Positions 1 to 13,835 of a DNA stretch of 64,000 bases are shown here, piece by piece. The stretch lies in contig OX597819.1 in NCBI GenBank assembly GCA_951406725.2, forward strand, positions 80,228,001 to 80,292,000, written 5' to 3'. This DNA is from Octopus vulgaris. Lineage: Eukaryota. Position numbers and translations under genes: made by a program. Numbering within the stretch: position 1 is the stretch's first letter; every line of letters starts with the position of its first letter. The notes under the pieces were generated by a model. That model was not told where the DNA came from. It did not search any database and saw only the letters and a list, made by a program, of their open reading frames with translations.

Positions 1-19
1 GAAGTCTTTTCGCTTATTC

Positions 20-335
20 GTCATATCATGATAATGGATGATAAAGCAGACAATAATCGTGACGTTACTGGTGGTGACGACAATGACAACGACGATAATA
101 TCGACGACGACGACGACGTCGACGATGATGATGAAAATATTGATAACGATAATGCTTACAGATGTCGACGACGATGACAATGTTCAAAAGACGACACCGT
201 CGACATATGTGATGACGGAAAAAGTCGGAATGAGAGAATTAATTTAATACATAAATGCATTCATGGCGAAGAGACGTCAATAATAGTCGATAAGGCCAGT
301 TTACTATCATTATTATCAGTCATTATTGTTATCAC

Positions 336-390
<55 letters not shown>

Positions 391-692
391 GCTCTGCTGT
401 TGATGTTCGTGTTGTCGTTGTTCATATTATTATCGACGCCGTTGGTGTCGTTGCAGTCACAACAAATGGCGTTTTTGATTGGAGCTATTAATATCACTGT
501 CACCCTGGTGGCAAATAAATGAAATCAACATCCTCATTCTTCTTCTTCTTCTTTCTCCTCCTCCTCCTCCTCCTTCTTCTTCTTCTTCTTCTTTCTTCTT
601 CTTCTTCTTTCTTCTCCTCCTCCTCCTCCTTCTTCTTTCTTCTTCTTCTTCTTCTTCTTCTTCTTCTTCTTCTTCTCCTCCTCCTCCTCCTC

Positions 693-739
<47 letters not shown>

Positions 740-900
740 TCACACCCCAGATATTGCTGGCCTTGTGTTAAAATTTGCAACCATTACTATCATTATTATT
801 GCTGTTGTTATTAGTATCGCCATGATCATCATCATCATCAACATCATCATGAAGAAGAACAACAACAACAGCGGTAACAACATCAATGATATAACAAATA
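20..900. repeat. Compound trinucleotide low-complexity region (GAC/GAT, ATT, CTT/CCT, CAT/AAC)
   Basis: Visible runs of (att)n at about 337-390 and 696-737, (ctt/cct)n at about 537-695 and (gac/gat)n at about 90-180. These explain the homopolymer ORFs. Confidence 0.95.
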
Positions 901-1094
901 CCAAAATTCAAATGACACATACACCTCGGTTCAATCTAATTAGCCTAGCTTTCTAATAGATGTAATGACGTGTTTAGTGTCAACGTTTGCCAGGTGATGC
1001 TGCCGCCATTAATCCATGATGCCAAAGTGGGGACCATTTCTTCAAGACTGCCTGATTTCACATGGCTCAATGAGCGGAAAACAGATACAGTCGC

Positions 1095-1870
<776 letters not shown>

Positions 1871-2099
1871 CATTCCTAAACACACAATATAAACAAGTTT
1901 CAAATTGTTTTTATTGATGAATAATGGATTCCATCAGTTTAATTAATTTCCGAAACCATTCTCTCCCCCACGGACCCTCATCAATCCCACACCTTACCTG
2001 TCATCATCTGCACCTCCTCCCTTCTTACCTTTTCAATAATCTTGTCTTCCTCCTCCTTCTTCTCTTAAGCCATCGCCTCCACCCCCTTCATTTCCAAGG

Positions 2100-3073
2100 C
2101 GGTGTTAAAATATTTTGCTTCCGTTTGTCCTTGTTGTCGTCATTGTTGGCAACGGTGATGTGATGGGTTGTAGTAGTGGTGGGTTGGTGGGTGCGGTCAC
2201 GTGAGGAGGGACGGTAGTCGACGGGGTCGGTGATGGCGGTGTCAGAATGTTGGTGGTTGTCGTCGTCATCGTTATCGTCATCACCACTGCCGTGATGTCG
2301 GTGCTGCTGAGATAGACTCTCGTGTTAGTAACGCTGGATGTGGTGATGGAATAGCCGTTAATGGCGGTAGTCTTAGAGATGGTGGCAGTGGCGGTAGGGA
2401 AAGGTACATTCGTATTAGTAATGGTTAATGTAGTAAAGTGGTGGTGGTGATGGTGGTGGTGACGGTAGTGATTATGGTGGTGGTGGTGGTGGTGGTGGTG
2501 GTGGTAGTGGCGGTGATGGTGGTGGTGATAGTGGTAGCGGTTGAGGTGATGGTGCTGATGGTGGCGGAGGATGGTGATGGTGATGAGGGCGATGGTAGTC
2601 GTTGTGATGGTGGTGGTGGTGGTGTTGGTGGCAGTGATGGTGGTGGTGATGGTGGTAGCAGTTGTGGTAGTGGTGGTGGAGATGTGCTGATGGTAGCGGA
2701 GGATAGTGATGGTGATTGGCGCGATGGTGGTGGTGGTGGTGGTGTTGGTGGTGCGTGATGGTGGTTGATAATACTAAAGTTAGTGTTTATGGTGGTATAG
2801 TGATGGAAGTGATTCTCGAGGTCGAGTTTGCAGTATTTCTACAAGTATAGTGGTGTTGACAGTAGAAGCGTAAGGGATTGAAACATCGACCCCAGTAGTA
2901 CTGAGGAATATCCTGGCGGTGGTGATGGTGGTGATGGCGAAGGCGGCGGGGGTGATGGCAGTGACGGTAATTGTGGTGGCGGTGTTGGTGTACTGTTGAG
3001 TGATGTGGTGCTAGTTGTTAATGTGATAGTAGAAGTAGTGCTCGGAGTGTGAGAAATTAGCGTTAGCAAAAAA

Positions 3074-3144
<71 letters not shown>

Positions 3145-3365
3145 ATAGTAGTAGTAGTAGTAGTAGTAATAGTGGAGCTGGAAGTGGGAGTGATAACAAT
3201 CATAATGCTCACGGTAATGGTGATAGCGGCGACCATGATGGTGGTATTGGTGGGAGTGGAGAGGGTGGTGGCGAGTGTCGTGTTTAAGATGGTGGTGGTG
3301 ATGGTGGAGTGGTGGAGTGGTGGTGGTGGTGGTGGTGGGTGTGGTGACGCTGGAAGGGTGGGTAG
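2100..3365. repeat. GGT/GAT-rich degenerate trinucleotide region with a (TAG)n microsatellite
   Basis: Degenerate (ggt)n/(gat)n runs at 2438-2765 and 3240-3360, plus a nearly perfect (tag)n at about 3074-3172. Confidence 0.93.
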
Positions 3366-3489
3366 CAGGATACATAGGAAAATTGTATGTAATAATACAG
3401 CTATATTTCAATTTTGATTTTGTCGTTTGATTCTCAGAACAATAAAATCCATTTGTTATGGCTTTTGACTTATAAATTTGCGCATATGC

Positions 3490-3527
<38 letters not shown>

Positions 3528-3732
3528 TTGTATCTTATATGTATATATGAATGTATATGCACATGCATATATATATATATATATATATGTGCGTATATAC
3601 ATATATACCTACACTATATATATATACATGTATATAAATACATACATATATATATACACACACACACATATATATATATATACACACACATATATATACG
3701 TACATGTGTTTGTATGTATGAATATATGAACG

Positions 3733-3763
<31 letters not shown>

Positions 3764-4116
3764 ATATGTATAAATATATGTCCATACATATGTTTATATA
3801 CTTATTTATATCTATTGAGATATTTATTTATTTATTTATTTATGTAGTGAATACGCATAAAATCACATCAATTTGTATGTTACACAAGTATTAAATGACC
3901 GTAAGACTCACATATAGAAATAACCTCACGGTCAAACTGTATATGTCAACATTTATTACGTAATTTTACGTATTATGCGTATGTGTATCTCATGGCTATA
4001 ATGTGAGTAGTTACATAAGCTGGTTTTAATATAGATTTTATATATGTCTATCATACATGCCTCTTTACATTAACATGGATGCTGAATCCTGATGTTTGTG
4101 TATATATATATATATA

Positions 4117-4169
<53 letters not shown>

Positions 4170-6054
4170 TCATATATATACTCATATATATACATATATA
4201 TACATACATGCATACATAGTTATATATCTATGCATACGCATGTATAATTATATAGGTATTTTTAATTATAACAAAACAACGATCAATAAATTAGCATAGA
4301 TGCCAATACGGTAAGCATAGTGTTAATTTTTTTTTTTTTTAATGTTGGCAGTGACTTCGAAATGTTGCTAATGCTGATTCGTCAGGTTGTGATAGTATAA
4401 ATGAAATTTACAGTGTAAATAGATGAGAAATAATCGAAGGTGTTGTGAATTATAAATTTAAAATGGCGTAAAATATTGCAGAAGCAGAAATGGCCAAGTT
4501 ATTGTAGTAAAAAGAATATATGAAACACGAGGAGGAAAAAATGAAAAAAAAAATGGAGACAATCCAAATAAGTAATCAGGTTTAGATTAATAATTGCATG
4601 TATATATGCTTGTAGTGGATATTTAATGTCGGTATTATGAATGGATTATTTTGACGGCTGGAAAATATTCGGAAATTGATGGCCCTAAAATTTGAAATGT
4701 TAAACAAGGCAAGGTTTATGTGTAGATCACATATATTATACAATGCAGAACATATAAGGTGTTATAAACTTGATGCGGGCTGAAATATGCTCAAAGTGTA
4801 TCAACAAGCTTTAATCATGCAATGAAAGCAGTATTAGTTTTGCGTTTGGAACCGACTTGCAGGTATTAATAAAGAATATTTTGATCATATAAAAAGTTGA
4901 AAAGGCTACAATTGTTTTTAAATAAATATCAACATCCTTCACTCTCTCTTTCTCTCTTTCTCTCTCTCTCTTTCTCTCTCACTCTCTCTCTCTCTCTCTC
5001 TCTCCTATTCTTTTCATCTATTACATCTTTCACACTCTTTTAAAATTTGATTCCTTCTGTTCCAAACTTGCAGCTTCCTACTACTTGCTGACTGCTTCAT
5101 TTTTTCTTTGTTTTTTTTTTTCAATACATTATCATTTTAGTTCGCTTAGATAAAAATATCCTCTCCGCCTGCTGAAAAACTACATCCGAATACGTACTCG
5201 TTATGATTGTCCGTGTGCTCTCTCGCTCTAAGGTTGTTGCTTTTTTCTGTTCTGTCTCTCCCCCCCCCCCCCACATCAGTTTCATTTGGCCATTACCCGA
5301 TGCCTGCTACCGCCATTGAAATATATGTTCTATTACTGCAGTTTGAAACTGTGAAATTCCCTAAGGAGAGAGCAGATAAGGGGCATTTTAAAAAATACAT
5401 AATGGAGTATTTCAAATTTACGCAAAATCGTTTTGATTAAGCTACAAAGAAAGCTTTTACATATTTCAAGGAAGAAAAATCATTTTGCATTTTGAATTTA
5501 ACAATATTTAAATATTGAATAAAGACATTTTTTAAATATGGTTCAAAGAAACTTTTTTGTATAAGATAATTGAAAAAAAATATGTTGTTTTCTGTTGCAT
5601 CAACTAATGTCTAAAAAACTTCATTCAGACGAAAGCAAGTTAATGCGTATTCCTTTTTACAAATCCATGTAAAAAGACAATACACAAGAAATAACCACGA
5701 GAAAATTACAAGAAAATCGTAAAAGAAACCATCTAACTTAAAGTAAAATAGTTTAATTTAAAGGATAAATATGTTTAATTTCATGATTTTATTCCACATT
5801 TTCAGTATGACGTCTTTATATTTTTCCCATATCTGTAATGTCATACCTCAAGTTGTGTTGTTATCGTGTACAGATCATATTTTGCCAATTGATACAGAAA
5901 TATAAAATAGCGTTTATATAATTTGGCCTTACCCGCCACACACACACACACACACGCACTCGCACACACACGCGCATACACGCACAAACGCACACACACA
6001 AACATGTACACAAACATACATATATATATATATTATATATATATATATATATAC

Positions 6055-8030
6055 TAAATTCAGATACTGTAGGGTATTTGAACACCACTTGCTATAATCA
6101 AGAAAGTCTTCATGGATGACGTGACACTTCTATCTACAGATAAACAAATCATGCAAAGTGTCCTCTTGAGACTAGACGAACTAATGAGGTGGTCAAGGAT
6201 GCGGTTTAGAGCAAAAAAGTCGCGTAGTCTGACACTTGTTAAGGGAGCGCAGAAAGAATTTAAGTTTCGAATAGCTGAAGAAAGTATTCCAACAGTCAAA
6301 GAAGAACCCGTCAAGAGCTTGGGGTGAGTATATGCTAGAACATTGTCAGATAGTTGCGGGGTGGAAATTAGGAAACAAGCCGAGGCTGGATTATCAGCGA
6401 TTGATAACTCGAAGTTAACAGGTAACTATAAAATTTGGTGCTTGCAGTTCGGCTTTGTACCAGCGACTTTCGTGGCCACTTTTAATATACGAGGTTACCT
6501 TGTCACGAGTTCAAATCATTGAACAAAAATGTAATGTGTTAATTAGAAAGTGACTAGGCCTACCTTGGATGTTGAACAGTTCAGCTCTTTATCCTAAAAG
6601 AGATTCGTTGCAGTTACCACTAGCGTCAATAGTCGAAATATATAAACTGGGGAAGGTACGAACGGTGATGATGCTGAGAGAATCGAATGACATGGAAATC
6701 AGGCGTAATCTACCAGAGGTGAAAACAGCCAGGAAGTGGAAAGCAAAAGCAGAGACTGATGACATCTTGTCTTCTCTTACATACAGATATGGTGGGTGAA
6801 ACGCAAAACCATCGGAAAGGACTTGGTTTTGGCGCACATCAGTTCAGACCGTCTGCAAGTATGATGCGGAGCGAACGCAGATCTGTTGTTAGCAACAGCT
6901 TCAAAACGAGAGAAGCAGAGTGAACAGAGTTTCATTTGATCCGATATTTTCAACTAGGACAGATGACGAGATGGGAAGAACATGTTGTTGAGAAGAGAAT
7001 AAGTTGGGATGAGATATGAAGTGGACCACATCTCGGCTAAGTTTTCTGATTCGTTCATCCTATGATGTTTTGCCATCACCTACACATCTAGTAAGATGGA
7101 ACGTCTCAGAGAATGACATATGCGAATGCGGAAAGGCCGGACCACTGAAACATATTCTTTCCAACTGTTCATTAGCATTGAACGGGTATACATGGAGACA
7201 CAACCTGGTCCTTAAGGTTATCTTCAGTGCTATAAAGAACCAAATTCATCTCAACAACACTGAGAAAAAACCGTTGCAAGTACCAACTAGAGATTTCATT
7301 ACCTTCGTGCGCTCAGGACAGCGGATCCGTATAAAGAGGAAGAGCAAGAAACTTCCAGTGAGAGATTAAAAGTGGAACGGCTATTGAGAGGTGACTGCAG
7401 ATTTACCAGGATGCCAAGGTCTCTTTCTCATCCCGGTTACGGAAAAACCGGACATTTTAATGCGGTGTGAAGGAAAGAAAGTTGTAAATCTAGTCGAGTT
7501 AATGGTTCCTTATGAAGATAACAGGGACGCCGCTCGGACTCGAAAGATTGGCCGTTGTGTAAACCTCCTAGAGGAATGTGAAGACGCAAGCTGGAAAGCG
7601 GAGCACTTTCCAATCGACGTCGGATGCAGAGGGTTTGTTGGACACAGTGTGAGACGATTGTTGTTATCGTTAGGCCTAACTCATCGTAGAGGTAAATAAT
7701 ACCATGACCGATATCAAATATAAAGTGGAGAAGGCTAGCCACTGGATTTGGTTAAAAAGAGACGATGAGCGAAGGCTAATGAAAAATTGAGCTATATTTA
7801 ATAACCAGTTGATCTAGCAAGTGGGGCCTCATATCAGTGAGGGCGGCCGGTGTGCACTGATGCCGTCGAGAGGTAGACCCCCGAAACGGCGCGCATTCTC
7901 TCCTGATGACCCCATACACCTGCTAGCTTCCAGTATGCGGAGTTCTCGACTGGTAGTACTTGCATGTGCAAGTTATTTGCAAAACATCAGATCCATCGCT
8001 CCAATAGCACTAAGACCTCACTCTTAAGAT
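6055..8030 (+). mobile_element. 5'-truncated non-LTR retrotransposon with restriction-like endonuclease (HERO/NeSL-type), decayed
   Basis: The RT motif FMDDVTLL is at about 6109 and is followed by thumb-region pieces (KSRSLTL, EEPVKSLG). A CCHC knuckle and RH motif read CECGKAGPLKHILSNC...YTWRHN (ORF 7016-7369). RLE motifs read KPDIL...VELMVPYE...DVGCRGFV (ORF 7391-7699). There are multiple stops and frameshifts and a GC-rich 3' UTR at about 7800-8030. The clade call is from motif recollection. Confidence 0.88.
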
Positions 8031-8212
8031 ACGTACGGGCAATGCAATGAACATAGGAAAAAAAGGCTTACTTTGCGTGGATTACATAAGTATCTGAATT
8101 TAGCTTATGTTTTGCTTGTAAAGGTGTAAACTTGGTAGCCACCTTATTATTATCATTAATAATGGTAATAATATATCTCTATTTAAATGTATATCTATGT
8201 ATGTATGTGTGT

Positions 8213-8422
8213 GTTATTCATTTACTTGTTTCAGTCATTTAACTGCGGCAATGCTGGAGCAAACAGTTTAGTAGAACAAGTCGACCACAGGATTTATTCT
8301 TTATAAGACTAGTAATATTCTATAAGGCTCTTAGGACGAAGCGCAAAGTTAAGGGGACGTAAGCACACCAACATCGCTGTCAAGCGATTGTGGGTGGACA
8401 AAAACAGACACACATATACATA

Positions 8423-8491
<69 letters not shown>

Positions 8492-8748
8492 ATTCATATA
8501 TATATTCATATATTATATATACATAAATACATACATATATATATATATATATACACACACGCATATATATATATATATATATACATGCGACAGGCTTCCT
8601 TCAGATTCCGTCTACCAATTTCACTCACTTGGCTTTGGTCGGCCCGAGGCTATAGCAGGAGAAACTTGTCCAAAGTGCTACAAAATGGGACTGGACTCGG
8701 AGCCATACGGTTGGGAAGCAAGCTTCTTACCACACACTCGTACCTCTC
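8213..8748 (-). mobile_element. tRNA-derived SINE (family A, CORE-like) with an expanded internal microsatellite
   Basis: The minus-strand head tgtggtaagaagcttgcttcccaac...gagtccagtccc (8588-8748) has A/B-box-like motifs and matches heads at 13690, 28075, 45296 and 45655. The tail at 8213-8406 matches tails at 11265 and 29630. A (TA)/(TG) array lies between head and tail. Confidence 0.85.
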
Positions 8749-8824
8749 ATATTTCCAAAGCAACTTTCCTAAAAGAAGTTAAATAATGTTGGCTACATGC
8801 TAAACAAAATGAATAATAACCGTT

Positions 8825-9675
8825 TCTTATTTCTTTATTACCTACAAGGGGCTAAACATAGAGGGGACAAGCAAGGATAGCCAAACGGATTAAGTCGATT
8901 ACATCGATCCCAGTGCGTAACTGGTACTTAATTTATCGACCCCGAAAGGATGAAAGGCAAAGTCGACCTCGGCGGAATTTGAACTCAGAACATAACAGCA
9001 GACGAAATACCTATTTCTTTACTACCCACAAGGGGCTAAACACAGAGAGGACAAACAAGGACAGACAAACGGATTAAGTCGATTATATCGACCCCAGTGC
9101 GTAACTAGTACTTCTTTAATCGACCCCGAAAGGATGAAAGGCAAAGTCGACCTCGGCAGAATTTGAACTCAGAACGTAACGGCGGACGATATACCGCTAA
9201 GCATTTCGCCAGGCGTGCTAACGTTTCTGCCAGCTCGCCGCCTTTATATGTATAAATATATCGGTAATAATAAATGTTTCTACTAAATGCACAGGGCCTG
9301 AAATTTGGGGGAAGGGGTTAAGTCGATTACATTAACCCCAGTACTGAACTGGTTCTTAATTTATCGATCCCGAAGGGAGGAAATGCGAAATTTGAACTCA
9401 GAATGTGAAAAACCTTAGCATTTTCGAGCTAACGATTCACCCACCTCACCGCCTTCAACGAAATGAATGATAATGGTTTCAAATTTTTCCACAAGGGCTG
9501 CAATTTTGGGGAAGGGAATGAGTCGATTACATCGGCCCTAGTTTATAACTGGTACTTATTTTTATTGACCTCAAAAGGATGTAAGTTAAAGTCGACCTCA
9601 GCGGAATTTGAATTGAAAACGTAGCGACGGGCGAAATACCGTTAAACGTTTCGACTCTGCCGGCTCGTCACCTTG
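8825..9675 (-). mobile_element. Four head-to-tail copies of a tRNA-derived SINE (family M)
   Basis: The unit ...aagtcgattacatcgaccccagt...ctggtacttaatttatcgaccccgaaaggatgaaaggcaaagtcgacctcggcggaatttgaactcagaac... recurs at about 8825-9011, 9012-9243, 9275-9455 and 9475-9675. On the minus strand it gives the B-box-like gagttcaaattcc. Confidence 0.9.
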
Positions 9676-9702
9676 AAATGAAGGATAATGATAGTAACGT
9701 AA

Positions 9703-10095
9703 TCTCTCTATATATAAAGCTGAAGTTGTCTGTGTGTGGCAGGTTTGGTAGCCTTCAACCAACACTATCTCCTCCGAGACCCTGCGGCGCAAGTTGACCA
9801 AAATTGAGAGTATTATAGAATAAGGGTTGCTCTTCCTTCCGTAGAAGAAAAAATTCAAATCGGACAATGTTTACACCAAAAATTATTTACATCTAAAAGG
9901 TGCTTTTTTTTCTATGAAAATCCCAATTTTTTACGATTTTTTGACTGCTGTGTCGCCATTTTTCGGTGTATTTCAACCAGAAAAAATTTCACTTAAAGAG
10001 AATAACAAGCTACATAATGCAAAATTTTTACTTTTCAAAAGTTCCAATTCTAAAGGGACGAAATAAACCCGAGCAACGCCGGGCGATACTGCTAG
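9703..10095 (+). mobile_element. Non-autonomous Helitron
   Basis: It starts A|TCTCTCTATATATAAA and ends with the hairpin CCCGAGCAACGCCGGG (10068-10083) followed by CGATACTGCTAG|T. This is a canonical 5'-TC...hairpin...CTAG-3' element in an AT target with no TSD. Confidence 0.85.
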
Positions 10096-10574
10096 TATAA
10101 GTAAAATGTGATACGATTTGGTGCGTGACTTTAAGTATGTCCAAGTAAAGAAAGTACTTACACAATAATTATAGACGCAAATTTATTCTGTGTTCATAAG
10201 TGTACAAGACAAACAGATCTTAGCACTACAGATTATCAAACTGGTATATAATTCTCCTCCAACATACAGCCGTGATTCGGTACCAGCAGTAAATAAATGA
10301 GGAGTTCAGATACGTCATTTGTATCATGACTGCTGAGGAGGACAGCTGGATTTTTGTCGTTTCATTCATCTTCAATCTATCAAACACATTATCTCGTTAG
10401 CCATATATCTTGCTCTTTTGTCTTTATCTCCGTCATTATCAAATGCACAGAGTAGGTTGTCAGACAGATGTATAGGTTATTAACAAATATATGGCGCATA
10501 TGCATATATACATTCTTGTATGCATAAACACACTCCACACACACAACTACACACACACACATACACACACTCAT

Positions 10575-10635
<61 letters not shown>

Positions 10636-10972
10636 TATATATATGTATATATGCATGTATGAATATATATATAAATTCATATTTATGTACATATATGTGT
10701 GTGTTTATAGCGAGTAATTGTGTGTGCGTGTTTGTGTGTGTGTGTGTGTTTAGTCGTTGCATTCATTCTATTGTGTCTCTAATTTACACACCCATTAATT
10801 ATAACATCTTCCGCTATCTTTTGATACACACACAAACACCACACACAGATGCACACACGTACACACACACATACACACGCAAACACTTATATGAACTCAT
10901 AAATTCACACTCATACATACACATTTCGACAGTCAATATTAAATGGATATATATTTACATACATATATATAT

Positions 10973-11113
<141 letters not shown>

Positions 11114-11264
11114 TATATATACACACACACACATATATATATATCATCTCCAAACTTTCTAATATATATATATATATATACATATTTATACACACATATG
11201 TGTGAGTATATATGTGTACGCATGTATATGTATATATATGCATGTATGTATGTATGCATTTATG

Positions 11265-11468
11265 TATTTGTGTGTCTATGCTTATCCTCGCACCATCCCT
11301 TGACATCGATGTTGGCGTATTTAAGTCCCCGTAAATTAGCGGTTCGGCAAATGTGACCGAGAAATTGAGTACTAGGCTTACAAAGAATAAATCCTTGAGT
11401 CGATTCCTCAACTAAAGGTAGTGCTCCTGCATGGGCGCAGTTAAATTACTGAGACAAGTAAAAGAAGA
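11265..11468 (+). mobile_element. SINE family A, 3' half
   Basis: It is the reverse-complement match of 8213-8406 (gtccccgtaa...gagtactaggcttacaaagaataa...gcagttaaattactgagacaagtaaaaga). Confidence 0.75.
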
Positions 11469-11731
11469 ATGTATATATATATTATACTCATTATATACTC
11501 TTTAAACTCTTTATATACACATAATATACACATACTCACACCCACACATATATATATATACACCTACAGACATACATCATACATATACATTGTTGCATGC
11601 ATACATATACATAAACGCGAACACACAAATATACGTATATATCTATACACACACACACACACCTATATATATACATACACATACATCATAAATATACATT
11701 GTTGCATATAGCAGACACAAATATATATATA

Positions 11732-12113
11732 CTAGCAGTATCGCCCGGCGTTGCTCAGGATTATAAGGGAAATAACTATAAAGCATTTTTAGAGAGTTAT
11801 AGCCAAAAAATAGCAAAAAAATGGAAAAAAAATTATGGTAAATTTTTTTGAGAGTTAAAAAGGTGGAGTTGCGTCCCCTAGACGGTCTGTGGTTTGGGTT
11901 TCTGTTTCTCGACCCCATGTCGAATGTATCGATTTTTTTCAGAACTGGGGGAACTTTTCAAAATTTTCGCTGCGTTAGTTTTGAATTATGACATTGGGCT
12001 ATGTGTGTGTCAAGTTTCATCATAATCGGTTGAAAGCCGTGGTCAGAGTGAGGGTACGAGAAAACAGACACACAGAAAATGCACAGACAAACTGCCGTTT
12101 ATATAGAGAGAGA
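11732..12113 (-). mobile_element. Non-autonomous Helitron with the same termini as 9703-10095 but a different interior
   Basis: ctagcagtatcgcccggcgttgctc at 11732 is the reverse complement of the 3' end of the 9703 element. tttatatagagagaga|t at about 12098-12114 is the 5' TC end. Confidence 0.85.
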
Positions 12114-12118
12114 TATAC

Positions 12119-12185
<67 letters not shown>

Positions 12186-12380
12186 CATCCACATATGTAC
12201 ATACATTCTTGTATGTGTATATCTGTGTATGCTTGTATCCGCGTACTCTACATAACAGAGTATATTTCAATATCCATTTTCCTGAATTTATGCATTAATC
12301 TCACCAGTTCTCTGTCCTGATGTACACATACTTTCATACATATATCAAAACCTATGTATGTTTGCATTTATATAGATATG

Positions 12381-12447
<67 letters not shown>

Positions 12448-12972
12448 ACTCACGCACACACACACACACGCACATATATATTAAATCTAATTTCAAATTG
12501 TCAACTTCGCGTTTCGCATATTTTCTTCTCTTTATAATTAATTCTCATTCTTTATCATAACGCATATATTTGCCACATTCTCTTTGATACCACTGCATAT
12601 CTTTAGTGTCTTTCGATGACATATGCCCTATTATCATTCATATAATAAATTACCTTGCGTCCGTTAGGCGATAATCTGTTCAGATTATCCAAATAATAAC
12701 GTTTTAATAAGCCGTAGTAACTGAGGGCTGCACCCATAAATCTTACTGTGACTTCCTTTGAAATCTTGCACTAAATTATTTATCTAATCTAGCTACTCCA
12801 GGCCTACGCACACACGTACGTGCATGCATACATACATGCATACATACACACATACATATAAATGTGTGTTTGTGTGTGTATGTGTGTGTGAATATATATA
12901 TGTATATGTATATATATACATACATATATATATATATATGTATACATGCATACATATATATATACATGCATG

Positions 12973-13025
<53 letters not shown>

Positions 13026-13689
13026 ACGCACGCAAGCTTATCTTCCTTATGGATTCGAAAACTCAGTTGCTGATTTTGAGGTATGGGGTAGCAAAAGATT
13101 GAGTAATCTTTCGGCTATCAAATAAAGTATGTCTTTTGCACAACCCTTTTTTACTACAAAAATAAGTTCGAATTAGGAAGGTGGAGTTCGCACAATCTTT
13201 AGGTCTTTAGTTTAGGGATGCAGGTCTGTGTATGTTTTGTTGCAGTGAAAAAATACTTTTTCTCATATTTTGTACAATAATTTTTAAAGAAATCTGGACA
13301 TCTTTCCTACTGCTAACCATTCAACTTCAAATTACAATTGTTAATTATTGGAAGTCCAGTAGACTGAGATCTACATATAGTGTTATCGTATAGAGTGGAA
13401 GTTCAATACAAAGTTGGGACCTCATTATCTTGTGGTTAGTAATCCAATTCCTTAAATTTTAAACCATTAAGTGTTTAAAAATTATTTCGCTGGGTTTAGT
13501 CTTTCGACTGTCCCCATGATGGGGTATCACCTTCAAAAATTTAATTGATCATACTAACCTCAGTACATATTTCAATATGGCATTTATTGTATCGATCTCT
13601 GCTTGATGAACTGCTAACTTTGAGACAAAGTAGGACACAATACTCGATTTAACAACAAATGTAAACACACACATACACATATTAAGTGC

Positions 13690-13835
13690 AAGAATGACTG
13701 TGTAGTTGAGAGGTTTGCTTCTCAGCCACATGGTTCCACCTTCAGTCCCTCTGCATGGTACCTTGGGCAAGTGTTTTCTACTATAGCCCTAGGTCAACCA
13801 GAGACTTGTGACTTAATTTGGTAGACAGTAACAGT
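13690..13835 (+). mobile_element. SINE family A head (tRNA-like plus CORE-like motif)
   Basis: The sequence reads tgtgtagttgagaggtttgcttctcagccacatggttcc...ttcagtccc...accttgggcaagtg...ctatagcc, and accttgggcaagt is the CORE-type motif. Confidence 0.75.

Noticed and set aside
8825-9675. Regularly repeated units that could suggest a CRISPR array
   Set aside because: The units are ~190-230-bp SINE copies without unique spacers, the context is eukaryotic and there are no cas genes.
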